From NCBI GenBank assembly GCA_965242525.1, contig OZ251459.1:3488001-3552000 (forward strand): 64,000 nt of DNA. Reading direction: 5' to 3'. Below are positions 1 through 11,127 of this stretch, one piece after another. Positions within the stretch are counted from its first letter, which is position 1, and each line of letters starts with the position of its first letter. Origin of the DNA: an uncultured Candidatus Binatia bacterium (GTDB lineage Bacteria; Desulfobacterota; Binatia; UBA9968; JAJDTQ01). Below the pieces are notes generated by a model. It saw only the letters and a program-made list of their open reading frames with translations. It did no database searches and was not told the origin of the DNA. The position numbers and the translations under genes were made by a program.

Positions 1-71
1 ACGCACGGCGCGGCGGTTCTCCCGGTTGGAGAGTTTGCCGTAACGATGGCTCGAACAGAGAGGAGTACTAC

Positions 72-1064
72 ATGAGGATAGTCAAAGCGGGCGTGTTGGC
101 AGGGGCGCTCATGGCGGTTGGCCTGGGGAGCGCGGCCCACGCGGCCTGCGGCAAGGTCACGATTGCAGAGATGTCGTGGGCGTCCGCGGGCGTGGCGGCC
201 CACGTCCAGGACGTGATTCTATCGAAGGGCTACGGCTGCCAGTCCGAGCTGGTGCCGGGCAACACGGTGCCCACGGTCACCTCCATGACCGAGAAGAGCG
301 AGCCGGACATCGCGCCGGAGATCTGGCTCAACTCGGCGCGGGAGCCCATCGAGAAGGCCGTGGCCGAGGGCCGGCTCAAGATCGCCGGAGAGATCCTTTC
401 GGACGGCGGCGACGAGGGCTGGCTGGTTCCGACTTACGTGGTGGAGAAGCACCCGGAACTGACGACCCTGCAGGCCGTGCTCGAGCGGCGCGACCTGTTC
501 CCCGACAAGGAGGACCCGGGCAAGGGCCGTTTCTACACCTGCCCATCGGGCTGGGCCTGCCAGATCATCAACGCCAACCTCTACAAGGCGTTCGGTCTGG
601 AGAAGGCCGGCTTCAACCTGTTCGACCCCGGTTCCGGCGAGGGGCTGGCGGCCGCCATCGCCAAGGCGTACGAACGCCGGGAGCCCATCTTCACCTACTA
701 CTGGGCGCCCACGTCGGTGCTGGGCCGGTATCCCATGGTCAAGCTCGGCGGCATGAAGCACGACCCGGAGTCCTGGCCCTGTGTCATCGACAAGGACTGC
801 GATGACCCCAAACCCAACCTGTGGCCGAAATCGGTGGTCTATACCGTGGTGACCGCCGGCTTTGCCGAGGCCGCGCCGGAGGCGTTCCGGTTCGTCTCCA
901 GCTTCTCGTGGCCCAACAAGCTGGTGAACTCGCTGCTGGCGTGGAAGGACGACAACCAGGCCACCGGACGCGAGACCGCGGAGTATTTCCTCAAGAACCA
1001 CGAGTCGGTGTGGACGGCGTGGGTCACCGCGGACGCCGCGGCCAAGGTGAAGGCAGGGCTCTGA
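72..1064 (+). CDS. Glycine betaine/proline-type ABC transporter substrate-binding protein (OpuAC/ProX family)
   Basis: Signal peptide; motifs AEMSWAS, PDIAPEIW, CPSGWAC and YYWAP; RBS AGGAG upstream; followed by permease and ATPase. Confidence 0.9.
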   Translation: MRIVKAGVLAGALMAVGLGSAAHAACGKVTIAEMSWASAGVAAHVQDVILSKGYGCQSELVPGNTVPTVTSMTEKSEPDIAPEIWLNSAREPIEKAVAEGRLKIAGEILSDGGDEGWLVPTYVVEKHPELTTLQAVLERRDLFPDKEDPGKGRFYTCPSGWACQIINANLYKAFGLEKAGFNLFDPGSGEGLAAAIAKAYERREPIFTYYWAPTSVLGRYPMVKLGGMKHDPESWPCVIDKDCDDPKPNLWPKSVVYTVVTAGFAEAAPEAFRFVSSFSWPNKLVNSLLAWKDDNQATGRETAEYFLKNHESVWTAWVTADAAAKVKAGL

Positions 1065-1092
1065 TCCTCCGAGATGACGGAGAAGGCGGCCG

Positions 1093-1974
1093 ATGATTAG
1101 CTGGCTCTGGGAGTTCCCGACGCTCGACGAGCGCGCGTTGCGGGGCCTCAAGAAGTCTTTCGACACGGGATACCGTCTGTTTTCCCGGAACTACGGCGAC
1201 GCCATCGAGGGCGCGTTCGATCCGTTGCTGTATTTCCTGATCTGGTTCGAGCGGCTTCTCCTGGGCGCGCCCTGGTGGCTGGTGATCCTCGTGATCGCCG
1301 GACTGTGCCTTGCGGCGAGCCGGAGCCTTCGGCTCACGATCGGGGTCGTGGCCGCCTTCTTCGTCATCGGCTTTCTCGGCATGTGGGGGGACACCATGCG
1401 CACCCTCGCAATCATCTTCGTCTCCACGCTGATGGCCATCGCCATCGGCATTCCCCTGGGCATCGCCATGGCCCGCTCGGACCGGATCCAGGCCATCGTC
1501 ACGCCGATCCTCGACGTCATGCAGACCATGCCCAGCTTCGTCTATCTGATCCCGGTGGTGATGCTGTTCGGCCTCGGCAAGATACCCGGCCTCATCGCGG
1601 TGGTGATCTACGCGGTGCCGCCGGTCATCCGGCTCACCAACCTCGGCATCCGGCTGGTGGACGCGGAAGTGCTGGAGGCGGCCCACGCCTTCGGCGCCGG
1701 CCGGTGGAAGCTGCTGTTCGGCGTCCAGTTGCCGCTGGCCCTTCCGAACGTCATGGCCGGCGTCAACCAGACCATCATGATGGCCCTGGCCATGGTGGTG
1801 ATCGCCTCCATGATCGGGGTCAAGGGGCTGGGCGAGCCGGTGCTCCGGGCGGTCAACAACCAGTACTTCGCCCTCGGCCTCTTCAACGGCGCCGCGGTGG
1901 TGACCCTGGCCATCGTGTTCGACCGGATCACCCAGAGCTACGGACGGCGGATGCAGGAGAAGAGTCGGACGTGA
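1093..1974 (+). CDS. Glycine betaine/proline ABC transporter permease (ProW-like)
   Basis: Hydrophobic; ILDVMQTMPSFVYLIP and EAA loop (EAAHAFGA...VQLPLALP). Confidence 0.92.
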   Translation: MISWLWEFPTLDERALRGLKKSFDTGYRLFSRNYGDAIEGAFDPLLYFLIWFERLLLGAPWWLVILVIAGLCLAASRSLRLTIGVVAAFFVIGFLGMWGDTMRTLAIIFVSTLMAIAIGIPLGIAMARSDRIQAIVTPILDVMQTMPSFVYLIPVVMLFGLGKIPGLIAVVIYAVPPVIRLTNLGIRLVDAEVLEAAHAFGAGRWKLLFGVQLPLALPNVMAGVNQTIMMALAMVVIASMIGVKGLGEPVLRAVNNQYFALGLFNGAAVVTLAIVFDRITQSYGRRMQEKSRT

Positions 1975-3092
1975 TGGCAACGGACTCCCCGAACACCGAC
2001 CACCACGCGGGCTACGGCGTCTCCCCGGAAGACGGCTCCCCGGGCAACGCCGACGCCTCCGGTATCGACATCAAGGCGTTGTACAAGGTGTTCGGGGGCG
2101 ACCCCGCTTCCGCCATGCAGCTCGTGCACGACGGGGTGGGCAAGCAGGACCTCCTGGAGTCCCACGGGCACGTGCTCGGCCTGCGCGACATCAACCTGAG
2201 CATCGCGCCGCAGAGCATCCAGGTCGTCATGGGGCTGAGCGGTTCCGGGAAATCGACCCTCATCCGGCACATCAACCGCCTGATCGACCCCACCGAGGGC
2301 GAGGTCCGCATCGGGGACGAGGACGTGCTGGCCCTGGACGAGACCGCGCTCCGTCAGCTACGCCGGCACCGGGTCAGCATGGTGTTCCAGCGCTTCGCGC
2401 TCTTTCCCCACAAGACCATCCTGGAGAACGTGAGCTACGGTCTGGCCATGCAGGGGGTGGCCAGCGAGCAGCGCGAGGCCCGGGCGGGACGGTGGATCGA
2501 GCGGGTGGGGCTCAGCGGTTACGAGGAGTCGTACCCGCATCAACTGTCCGGCGGCATGCAACAGCGGGTGGGGCTCGCCCGAGCCTTGGCCACCGACGCC
2601 CAGATCCTGTTGATGGACGAGGCCTTCAGCGCGCTGGACCCGCTCATCCGTGCGGACATGCAGGCGCTCCTGCTGGAGCTCCAGCAGGAATTGAAGAAGA
2701 CCATCGTCTTCGTCACCCACGACCTCGAAGAAGCCATCGAGATCGGCGACCGCATCGCCATCCTGCGAGACGGCGAGATCGTGCAGAACGGCGATTCCCA
2801 GGAGATCGTCCTCGAACCGGCCGACGACTACATCTCCGACTTCACCCGCAAGATCAACCGCGGCCGCGTCATTCGCGTGGGCTCGATCATGGATCCCGTC
2901 CGCCCCGGCCTGAAGGAGCCGCTGGTCTGTTCCCGGGACATGCCGCTGGAACAGGCGCTGCCGATGGTGAGCGCTGCGCCCAACGAAGAGCTGGCGGTGG
3001 TGGACGAGGAGGGCCTCGTGGTGGGCTCGATCACGTTCGTGCGGATTCTCCTGGGCCTCGCCGGGCGGCGGTTGCCGGACTCGAAGCGCTGA
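1974..3092 (+). CDS. Glycine betaine/proline ABC transporter ATP-binding protein (ProV-like, C-terminal CBS region)
   Basis: Walker A GLSGSGKS, signature LSGGMQQRV, Walker B LLMDE; ATG 1974 overlaps the permease stop (TGATG); the 1275 start in the ORF track is spurious. Confidence 0.92.
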   Translation: MATDSPNTDHHAGYGVSPEDGSPGNADASGIDIKALYKVFGGDPASAMQLVHDGVGKQDLLESHGHVLGLRDINLSIAPQSIQVVMGLSGSGKSTLIRHINRLIDPTEGEVRIGDEDVLALDETALRQLRRHRVSMVFQRFALFPHKTILENVSYGLAMQGVASEQREARAGRWIERVGLSGYEESYPHQLSGGMQQRVGLARALATDAQILLMDEAFSALDPLIRADMQALLLELQQELKKTIVFVTHDLEEAIEIGDRIAILRDGEIVQNGDSQEIVLEPADDYISDFTRKINRGRVIRVGSIMDPVRPGLKEPLVCSRDMPLEQALPMVSAAPNEELAVVDEEGLVVGSITFVRILLGLAGRRLPDSKR

Positions 3093-3127
3093 CGCGGATC
3101 AGCCGCGGACGGGGAAGGCGCGGGGTC

Positions 3128-3202
<75 letters not shown>

Positions 3203-3237
3203 TCTGGGTAAGGTCATATGCCATCCCGTCAACGATG

Positions 3238-5031
<1,794 letters not shown>

Positions 5032-5038
5032 GAGTGAC

Positions 5039-5066
5039 TTGAGAATCCGCCCCAATACGGTATGAT
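5039..5066 (+). promoter_or_regulatory. Putative sigma70 promoter upstream of the yefM-yoeB pair
   Basis: TTGAGA-16bp-TATGAT. Confidence 0.45.
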
Positions 5067-5200
5067 GGTTCGTGTATCCTGAATCGCCCTGTCCTGACGG
5101 ACTTCACCGGAGTATGGAACCCTGGCCCTGGTTCGGGTCTTTTCCCAGGTTCCTTTGGGGACGGCAATGAGGACGGTCTGGACGTTCGGAGGATTCTCCC

Positions 5201-5476
5201 ATGAATAGCACCACCTACACACGAGCGAGGGCAGATTTTGCCTCGATCTGTGACGAAGTTGTCGCCACGCGCGAACCCGTAATCATCAAGCGGCGCAACG
5301 CAGAGGACGTAGCGTTGGTCTCAGCGGACGAGTTGGCCAGTCTGATCGAGACCGCCCACCTCTTGAGATCGCCTCGAAACGCCAAACGCCTTCTGACTGC
5401 CCTTGGCCGTGCACAACGCCACGAGTTGCCTCCCTCTTCCGTGGAAGACCTTCGCAAGAAAATCGGCCTCGACTGA
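5201..5476 (+). CDS. yefM: Phd/YefM family antitoxin
   Basis: TTYTRARADFASICDEV, PVIIKRR and SLIETAHLLRSPRNAKRL are typical YefM motifs. Confidence 0.92.
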   Translation: MNSTTYTRARADFASICDEVVATREPVIIKRRNAEDVALVSADELASLIETAHLLRSPRNAKRLLTALGRAQRHELPPSSVEDLRKKIGLD

Positions 5477-5482
5477 AAGAGC

Positions 5483-5628
5483 GTGACGGCTGATTCCATC
5501 CACGGACGAACCGCGGTACTTCATCCCGAGTTCGTTGACGACCTGCGCCATTGGGTCAAGACGAATCGCAAGATCGCCTTGCGCGTCCTTGACCTGATCG
5601 ACGCCATAATGCGTCAAGCTCCGTCGAA
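5483..5628 (+). pseudogene. yoeB: Truncated Txe/YoeB toxin (N-terminal ~44 aa only)
   Basis: FVDDLRHWVKTNRKIALRVLDLIDAIMR matches the YoeB N-terminus, but the expected P-F-x-G-x-G-K-P-E-x-L continuation is absent; the frame runs into the antisense of the next gene. Confidence 0.8.
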
Positions 5629-6645
5629 CTATGATTTGTTGTCCCGACGGGTAGCTGATACTTTTGCTCTGGCTTTCTCGAAGAACTCTGGATTTTTGCG
5701 ATAGCGGTCTAAGAGCCATTTCAGAAACGCTTCGCTGTATTGGCCTGGAGAACCTGGTACTTTCCCTTGATAGAAAAAGTCCGTGCGGCTTTTTACTCCG
5801 TGTACTTTATTGATACATTGAACGTCATACGAGTTTACACTACTCTCCGGCAGCCCTGCATTGAAGCGTGCAATCAAGTCCTTTTGACGAAGCGGATGTG
5901 TCACGCTCGGGTCAGTGGGCTTCAATATGACTTGACTCTGTTGGCCACTTGTCGGCCCTGTCGTGAGCGCGATATCGGCCGCATCCGCTTTTTTCGTAAG
6001 GACGAGTTTGTAGTCTATAGGAATTAAGAATTCATTGTGGTGTTGTAGGTCACTGTACTCTTGTCTGATCCTTGCGCAGTATTCGGCAAGGAAAACCGCT
6101 GTGTCTCGTCCGAGACTTCGCCGGAGAACCTTGTCGTTCATATCCAACTGATCAGGAGCGACGTCGTACACAAGACTCATCATTCCTGCCGGGAACCGGT
6201 CGGCGAGCGATATGCCGAACCATGTATTGAGACGTTTGTGGTAGTTGATTACGCATGCCTGAAATAGGCACATCACGTCACGTGGAATACTGTTGACAAC
6301 AAGATGAACAGATTGGTCGCGTAGATCCGCCACCTGTTCTATATTGCGTCTAACTGGATCAGTATCATTAGGCATAATCTGCTTCAGACAGTCTCGTAAA
6401 GAAAGAGTTCTTTTGACTTTCTCGCTCTGGTTTCTATAGTAGATGAAGCGACGATTGCCTTTTTCTACTATGATTCGAGCTTTGAGCAACAACTCCCACG
6501 CATTGCAAATCAGATAACAAAACGTTTCTAAGCGGTACTGGATCGAGAGTCGGTTGATGGTCTCCAATGAAAGAACATATGCTTCGACACTTTTGTTGAG
6601 CAAGCGCCCTTTGAGACCTGGATTTCCACGCTGAATTTTCGTCAT
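5629..6645 (-). CDS. DUF3644-like protein with a HEPN-type RxxxxH motif (putative defence RNase)
   Basis: KSVEAYVLSLETINR...NAWELLLKA N-terminus; LRDQSVH motif; clearly lower GC than flanking genes; directly downstream of mod. Confidence 0.7.
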   Translation of the reverse strand: MTKIQRGNPGLKGRLLNKSVEAYVLSLETINRLSIQYRLETFCYLICNAWELLLKARIIVEKGNRRFIYYRNQSEKVKRTLSLRDCLKQIMPNDTDPVRRNIEQVADLRDQSVHLVVNSIPRDVMCLFQACVINYHKRLNTWFGISLADRFPAGMMSLVYDVAPDQLDMNDKVLRRSLGRDTAVFLAEYCARIRQEYSDLQHHNEFLIPIDYKLVLTKKADAADIALTTGPTSGQQSQVILKPTDPSVTHPLRQKDLIARFNAGLPESSVNSYDVQCINKVHGVKSRTDFFYQGKVPGSPGQYSEAFLKWLLDRYRKNPEFFEKARAKVSATRRDNKS

Positions 6646-6740
6646 GAGCTATAATCCTGACTTGTAACAGAGTTTACCATCCCACAACCACTCGATCACC
6701 TGAAAACAACGGAATAGGCGCTTCTGGAAAAGAGGCAACA

Positions 6741-9698
6741 TTACACCCGGAACACCTTCATCACTTCGTCGCCCAGGTGGTTGATGACCTTGACGGCGAT
6801 GCGGCCGGACTTGGGCTTCTCGAACGGGCGGGAGGTGTCGCTGTGGAGCGTAGCCCAGGCGTCCGGGTCGATTTCGGCCTTCAGGGTGGTCTTGAGGGAC
6901 TTGTAGGGGTCGTTGGCGCCGAGGAAGTAGGCGTGGCGGACGAAGAAACTCTCCTCGTTGTAGTCGGTGTCGATGAACCAGCAGGCGATGCCGTCCGGGC
7001 CGTCGGAGCGGACCTCTCCGGTCTGGGGATGGAACACGTCCACCCCGTTGATCTTGACTTGGAGCCGGTCGGCGTCCGCGGGAAGGATCTCGATGTCCGG
7101 CTCCCCGAAGACGACGAAGAGGTTGCCCTTGCCGGTGTTCTTCAGGTCGTCCGCCATGTGGAGGTCGGCGTTCATCCGGGCCTTGAGCACGGGGACGCGG
7201 CCGAGCTGGTCGAACTCCGAGGAGTGGGCGTCATAGCTGAACGCGCAGGCGATGAGCACGTCGAAATCGGCGTCGCCCGCCTCCCGGGCCGCAGCCACGA
7301 GGTCGGGTCTGGAAACGGTGCCGAACTCGGGGCCGATGAAGACCGCGGCGCGCTGCTCCCTGCCCTTGGCCCCGTTCTCTTCTCCCCCGAACCGGCCTTC
7401 GGCGCAAACGTGCCGGCCCGGCCACGGCCGGAGGGACGAAAACCGGATGCGGTCGTCCTTGTGGGCCTGCTGGACCCCGGCCGTCCTGAGTTGGTCCAGG
7501 ATCATCGAAGCGAAATCGTGAGGTTGTCCGTAGCCGGGAGCTGTCTCCGCGGCCAATTCGATCAGTTCGTCGTCCTCGTCCAGGCCCAGGACCCGGTGCG
7601 GCGACAGGCTATCGACCGTGAACGGACCGGCCACGCGCACCACGCTCCTGGCCTCACAGGGTTTGTCGTAGAGGTACTCGTAATCCGCCTTGGCCGCGAT
7701 GGAGGCGTCGGTCTCCTGCTGCCGGGCCATGCGCTGCTCCCACCATTGGGCGTGCAGGGCGGCCGGGGCCTCCGGCCAAGGGTCCGCGGGACGGGGCGGA
7801 AGCGTGTCGAGGGTGTAGTCGCGCTTGAGGCTGGCGTTGAGGTCTCGCAGAAGCCGCTGTGCCTGCGAGGCGTCGCGCCCTTCCTTCCCGCGTTCCGCCT
7901 GGAGCCTGGAAAAGAGCGCTTGCGCCGCCGGACTCCACGGGTCTTCGGCGTGGCGGGGGATCTCCCACTCCTCCCAGCTCGTGTTCATGGCCTCGTTGAG
8001 CTTCCGGCGCAGAGGCTCCAGCTTCTGCTGGCGCCTCTCCCATATGACGTCGATCTCGGCGTTGTTGGCGATGGACTTGAGGGTGATGTGCGGCACCCGC
8101 TCATAGACGAAGCCGTGGCGGATGTCGCCGTGGGCGGCCGCTTCGGACGGGACCTTGCCGGCGAGTTCCGCTTCCTTCCGCTGCCCCTCCGGGCTGTCCG
8201 CCAGGAGGTAGTAGGGATAGCGGGCGCCCATGACGCGGGTGCGGGCCAGCGCCAAGGCGACGCGGGAGGTGTCGATGGTGATCCAGCGGCGGCCCCATTG
8301 TTCGGCGACGTAGGCGGTGGTGCCGGAGCCGCAGGTGGGATCGAGCACGAGGTCGCCGGGATCTGTGGTCATGACAAGACAACGTGCTATTACTTGATTG
8401 GAGGTTTGAACAACGTAGCGCTTGGGATCTGATCGTGACTGAACTCCCCATGTATCGTCCCAGAAGGAAGAAATGGGGAATACAGGGAAGTCATCCAGAT
8501 ACCTTATGTATGCTATGGATATTCCCTCACTGACAATGCGATTGCTCCGCGCCAATCGATCAATTCCGATTTGGCTGGTCTTCCAGAAGCCAGACCTTGG
8601 ATGTCGAGTTGTTCCTTGAAAGGCATAGGGAAACCTACTTGTCTCTCCGCCACTCTGCGAAACCAATGGGCTCGGTCGAAAAAACCTGGTGCCGACAGGA
8701 ACTCTATCCCTTTCCGGCATGGTTGTTCTCGTTACTCGTTCGCCGGAAGGTAGCTCAACGCTGTTGTATTTTGTGCCACCCTCAACCCCTACTGCTTTTG
8801 CTTTGTACAGTTGCCTGAACTTGACCGTTACTCGATTCTTCGCGTACCACAACAAAAAATCGAATGTTGAGGATAGAAGTTCGCTTGTCTGACTGCTGGT
8901 CGTTACAAACGGAATGATTGAACATGCATTTTCTTGACCAAACACCTCATCCATCACCGCCCTTACCCGATGCACGTTCTCATCCCCAATCTGCACGAAC
9001 ACCGAACCGCTCTCCGTCAACAGGTCCCGCGCCACCGTCAGCCGGTCCCGCAGGTACGTCAGGTACGAATGGATCCCGTCCCGCCACGTGTCCCGGAACG
9101 CCTTGACCTGCTCCGGCTCGCGGGTGATGTGGTCGGCCTTGCCGTCCTTCACGTCCCGGCTGGTGGTGGACCACTGGAAGTTGGAGTTGAACTTGATGCC
9201 GTAGGGCGGGTCGATGTAGATGCACTGGACCTTGCCGCGCAATCCCTCCCGTTCCGCCAGGGACGCCATCGCCTGCAGGCTGTCCCCCAGGATCATGCGG
9301 TTCGACCAGTTGGCGTCGTGCCGGTAGAACTCGGTCCGGGCCGCATCGGACGGCAGACCGTTGAAGTCGGCGAACAGGTCGAACTGGCTGCCGCTCGCCT
9401 GTCCGTCGGCCCCGCCGTGCCGCATCAGGTCGTCGATCAACGCCTTGGGGTGGACCTTCTCCTGGATGAACAGCGGCGGCGCCTGCACCACCAGGTCCGA
9501 CCAGTCCTGAGCGTCCTTGCCGCGCCAGACGAGTTGCGGGTCCAGGTCCCGGTTGCGCCGCTCGTAGGCGACCCGGACGGGGTTCTGGTCGTCCTTCGCC
9601 ATCACCGACTGGTACTCGGCCGTCGGGATGTTCTTGCGCGACGCCTCGTCATGGGTCAGGGTCTCGACGGACTTGAGAGGTCTCGATCGTCCAGCCAT
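6741..9698 (-). CDS. mod: Type III R-M system adenine DNA methyltransferase (Mod)
   Basis: IYIDPPYGIKFNSN (motif IV) precedes VLDPTCGSGTT (motif I); C-terminal RIAVKVINHLGDEVMKV; likely start ATG 9698. Confidence 0.9.
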   Translation of the reverse strand: MAGRSRPLKSVETLTHDEASRKNIPTAEYQSVMAKDDQNPVRVAYERRNRDLDPQLVWRGKDAQDWSDLVVQAPPLFIQEKVHPKALIDDLMRHGGADGQASGSQFDLFADFNGLPSDAARTEFYRHDANWSNRMILGDSLQAMASLAEREGLRGKVQCIYIDPPYGIKFNSNFQWSTTSRDVKDGKADHITREPEQVKAFRDTWRDGIHSYLTYLRDRLTVARDLLTESGSVFVQIGDENVHRVRAVMDEVFGQENACSIIPFVTTSSQTSELLSSTFDFLLWYAKNRVTVKFRQLYKAKAVGVEGGTKYNSVELPSGERVTRTTMPERDRVPVGTRFFRPSPLVSQSGGETSRFPYAFQGTTRHPRSGFWKTSQIGIDRLARSNRIVSEGISIAYIRYLDDFPVFPISSFWDDTWGVQSRSDPKRYVVQTSNQVIARCLVMTTDPGDLVLDPTCGSGTTAYVAEQWGRRWITIDTSRVALALARTRVMGARYPYYLLADSPEGQRKEAELAGKVPSEAAAHGDIRHGFVYERVPHITLKSIANNAEIDVIWERRQQKLEPLRRKLNEAMNTSWEEWEIPRHAEDPWSPAAQALFSRLQAERGKEGRDASQAQRLLRDLNASLKRDYTLDTLPPRPADPWPEAPAALHAQWWEQRMARQQETDASIAAKADYEYLYDKPCEARSVVRVAGPFTVDSLSPHRVLGLDEDDELIELAAETAPGYGQPHDFASMILDQLRTAGVQQAHKDDRIRFSSLRPWPGRHVCAEGRFGGEENGAKGREQRAAVFIGPEFGTVSRPDLVAAAREAGDADFDVLIACAFSYDAHSSEFDQLGRVPVLKARMNADLHMADDLKNTGKGNLFVVFGEPDIEILPADADRLQVKINGVDVFHPQTGEVRSDGPDGIACWFIDTDYNEESFFVRHAYFLGANDPYKSLKTTLKAEIDPDAWATLHSDTSRPFEKPKSGRIAVKVINHLGDEVMKVFRV

Positions 9699-10209
9699 GT
9701 ACAGGACCTTTCTACAAGAGCTTGCCGTTCGACCCTGCCCTGCGGTCAAGCAGCATCCCGGTCGCGTGTGCTTCTTCCATGCCGTCACCATAACAGAAAT
9801 CGTCGTCTGCATCACCGGAGGCATGACGGCAGTCCGGCGCATGCCGCCATCCCCAGTGACGGGAGCGGCAGGAGCACCGGCCGATGCCGCCCGGTGGCCT
9901 TCGGTGACGGCCTTGGAGTCTCCCTGTTGCCAAGTCCCTCGGATACCGTGCCACCTCGCCTCACATCCGGTTGACCCTGCGTTCTCCAGGCCGCGGCGAC
10001 GCCTGCGGTTGACGGTCGAGGGTCACGGTGGTAAAGTCCATCCCTGTGTATGGCTTGGCACCGGCCTCTCGACGTTACCGTGGCGTGTTACGGCTACTCG
10101 AAACGGTGTTCTTCTCGGTGCGCCGTCACGGACTATCGGAAGAGGCCCTACGCCCGACCAATCGGGGCACGTTCCACGGCGACGCTGCTCGCCCTCTGGA
10201 GGGCCGAAC

Positions 10210-10644
10210 ATGCGACACATACTTGACACCACGGAGTTGCTTGTCGCCAGTTGGATACTGGCAGGCGACGACGACCGGGACGATCGGATACCTACCTCAC
10301 ATGGCATCCTGGATCGGGCGCTCAAGACCGCTTTGGAGCAAGAGGCATTCCCGCCCTGGGTCCGCGATCATCTCCACTTCGTGGATTCCCGGGTCGGACT
10401 CCAATGCGTAGAGTTGCCCGAGCTACTGGATTGGGCGCAACGGGCACAGATCACGACGGCGCCGAACCCTTCCTATCAATCGGCCCAGGTACAGATCAGT
10501 GGCAAGGCGGCTCGACGGATACTGTCGGACCTCGAAGTTACGGAGGATGACGCCATCAAGTGGGGCAAACTCCTTCGGGATGCCGTATCCGAAGCGAACC
10601 GTGCGATAAACGCCTGGCCCGAGTCGGCCATCGAAGATCACTGA
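10210..10644 (+). CDS. Hypothetical protein (144 aa) inserted antisense between res and mod
   Basis: RBS GGAGGG before ATG 10210; globular-looking composition unlike the shadow ORFs; no family recognised. Confidence 0.65.
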   Translation: MRHILDTTELLVASWILAGDDDRDDRIPTSHGILDRALKTALEQEAFPPWVRDHLHFVDSRVGLQCVELPELLDWAQRAQITTAPNPSYQSAQVQISGKAARRILSDLEVTEDDAIKWGKLLRDAVSEANRAINAWPESAIEDH

Positions 10645-10778
10645 TCCAACGCTTACTCGCGGGACCCCGTATCGCCCGGCCGGAATACGGTGGACGGGAG
10701 GGAGACTTGCCCGGCGTTTCAGGATTTCGTGTGGGTTGTGCACTCCCTCCCATGCGAATTCCCGCGAAAGCCCCACCT

Positions 10779-10936
10779 CGTCATTCCCGCGAAAGCGGGA
10801 ATCCACTTTACCAGATCCGCGGAACGGGATTCGACGTGACACCGACATACATGGCGCCATGTGGTTTGCCCACAAGGATGGAAACACAGAGAGTTTTCAT
10901 AAGAATCTGTGGATTCCCGCTTTCGCGGGAATGACG
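10779..10936. repeat. Inverted pair of REP family B palindromes (REPIN-like)
   Basis: CGTCATTCCCGCGAAAGCGGGAATCCA (10779-10805) and its exact reverse complement (10910-10936); partial copies near 10756 and 10949. Confidence 0.9.
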
Positions 10937-11127
10937 GTGGTGGGCGGCCGCGGGAATGACAGCCTGACCCCTGTCGCTCTACTTTTCCCTCCTACCCTGC
11001 CCAGACAAAAGCCGGAAGAGCCATTCATGGCAGGCCAGACGCTACAGCCTGTCCCTGTGCTCTCGAGTCCAAGTTGTCGTCGTCGGATATCGCCCAACCG
11101 ACGAGGCAGGTCTTCTCCCGTTGCCGA

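Noticed and set aside
9700-10200. ORFs upstream of mod (9712-9954 and the 9842 extension)
   Set aside because: No motif support; Mod-like sequence begins at about 9698
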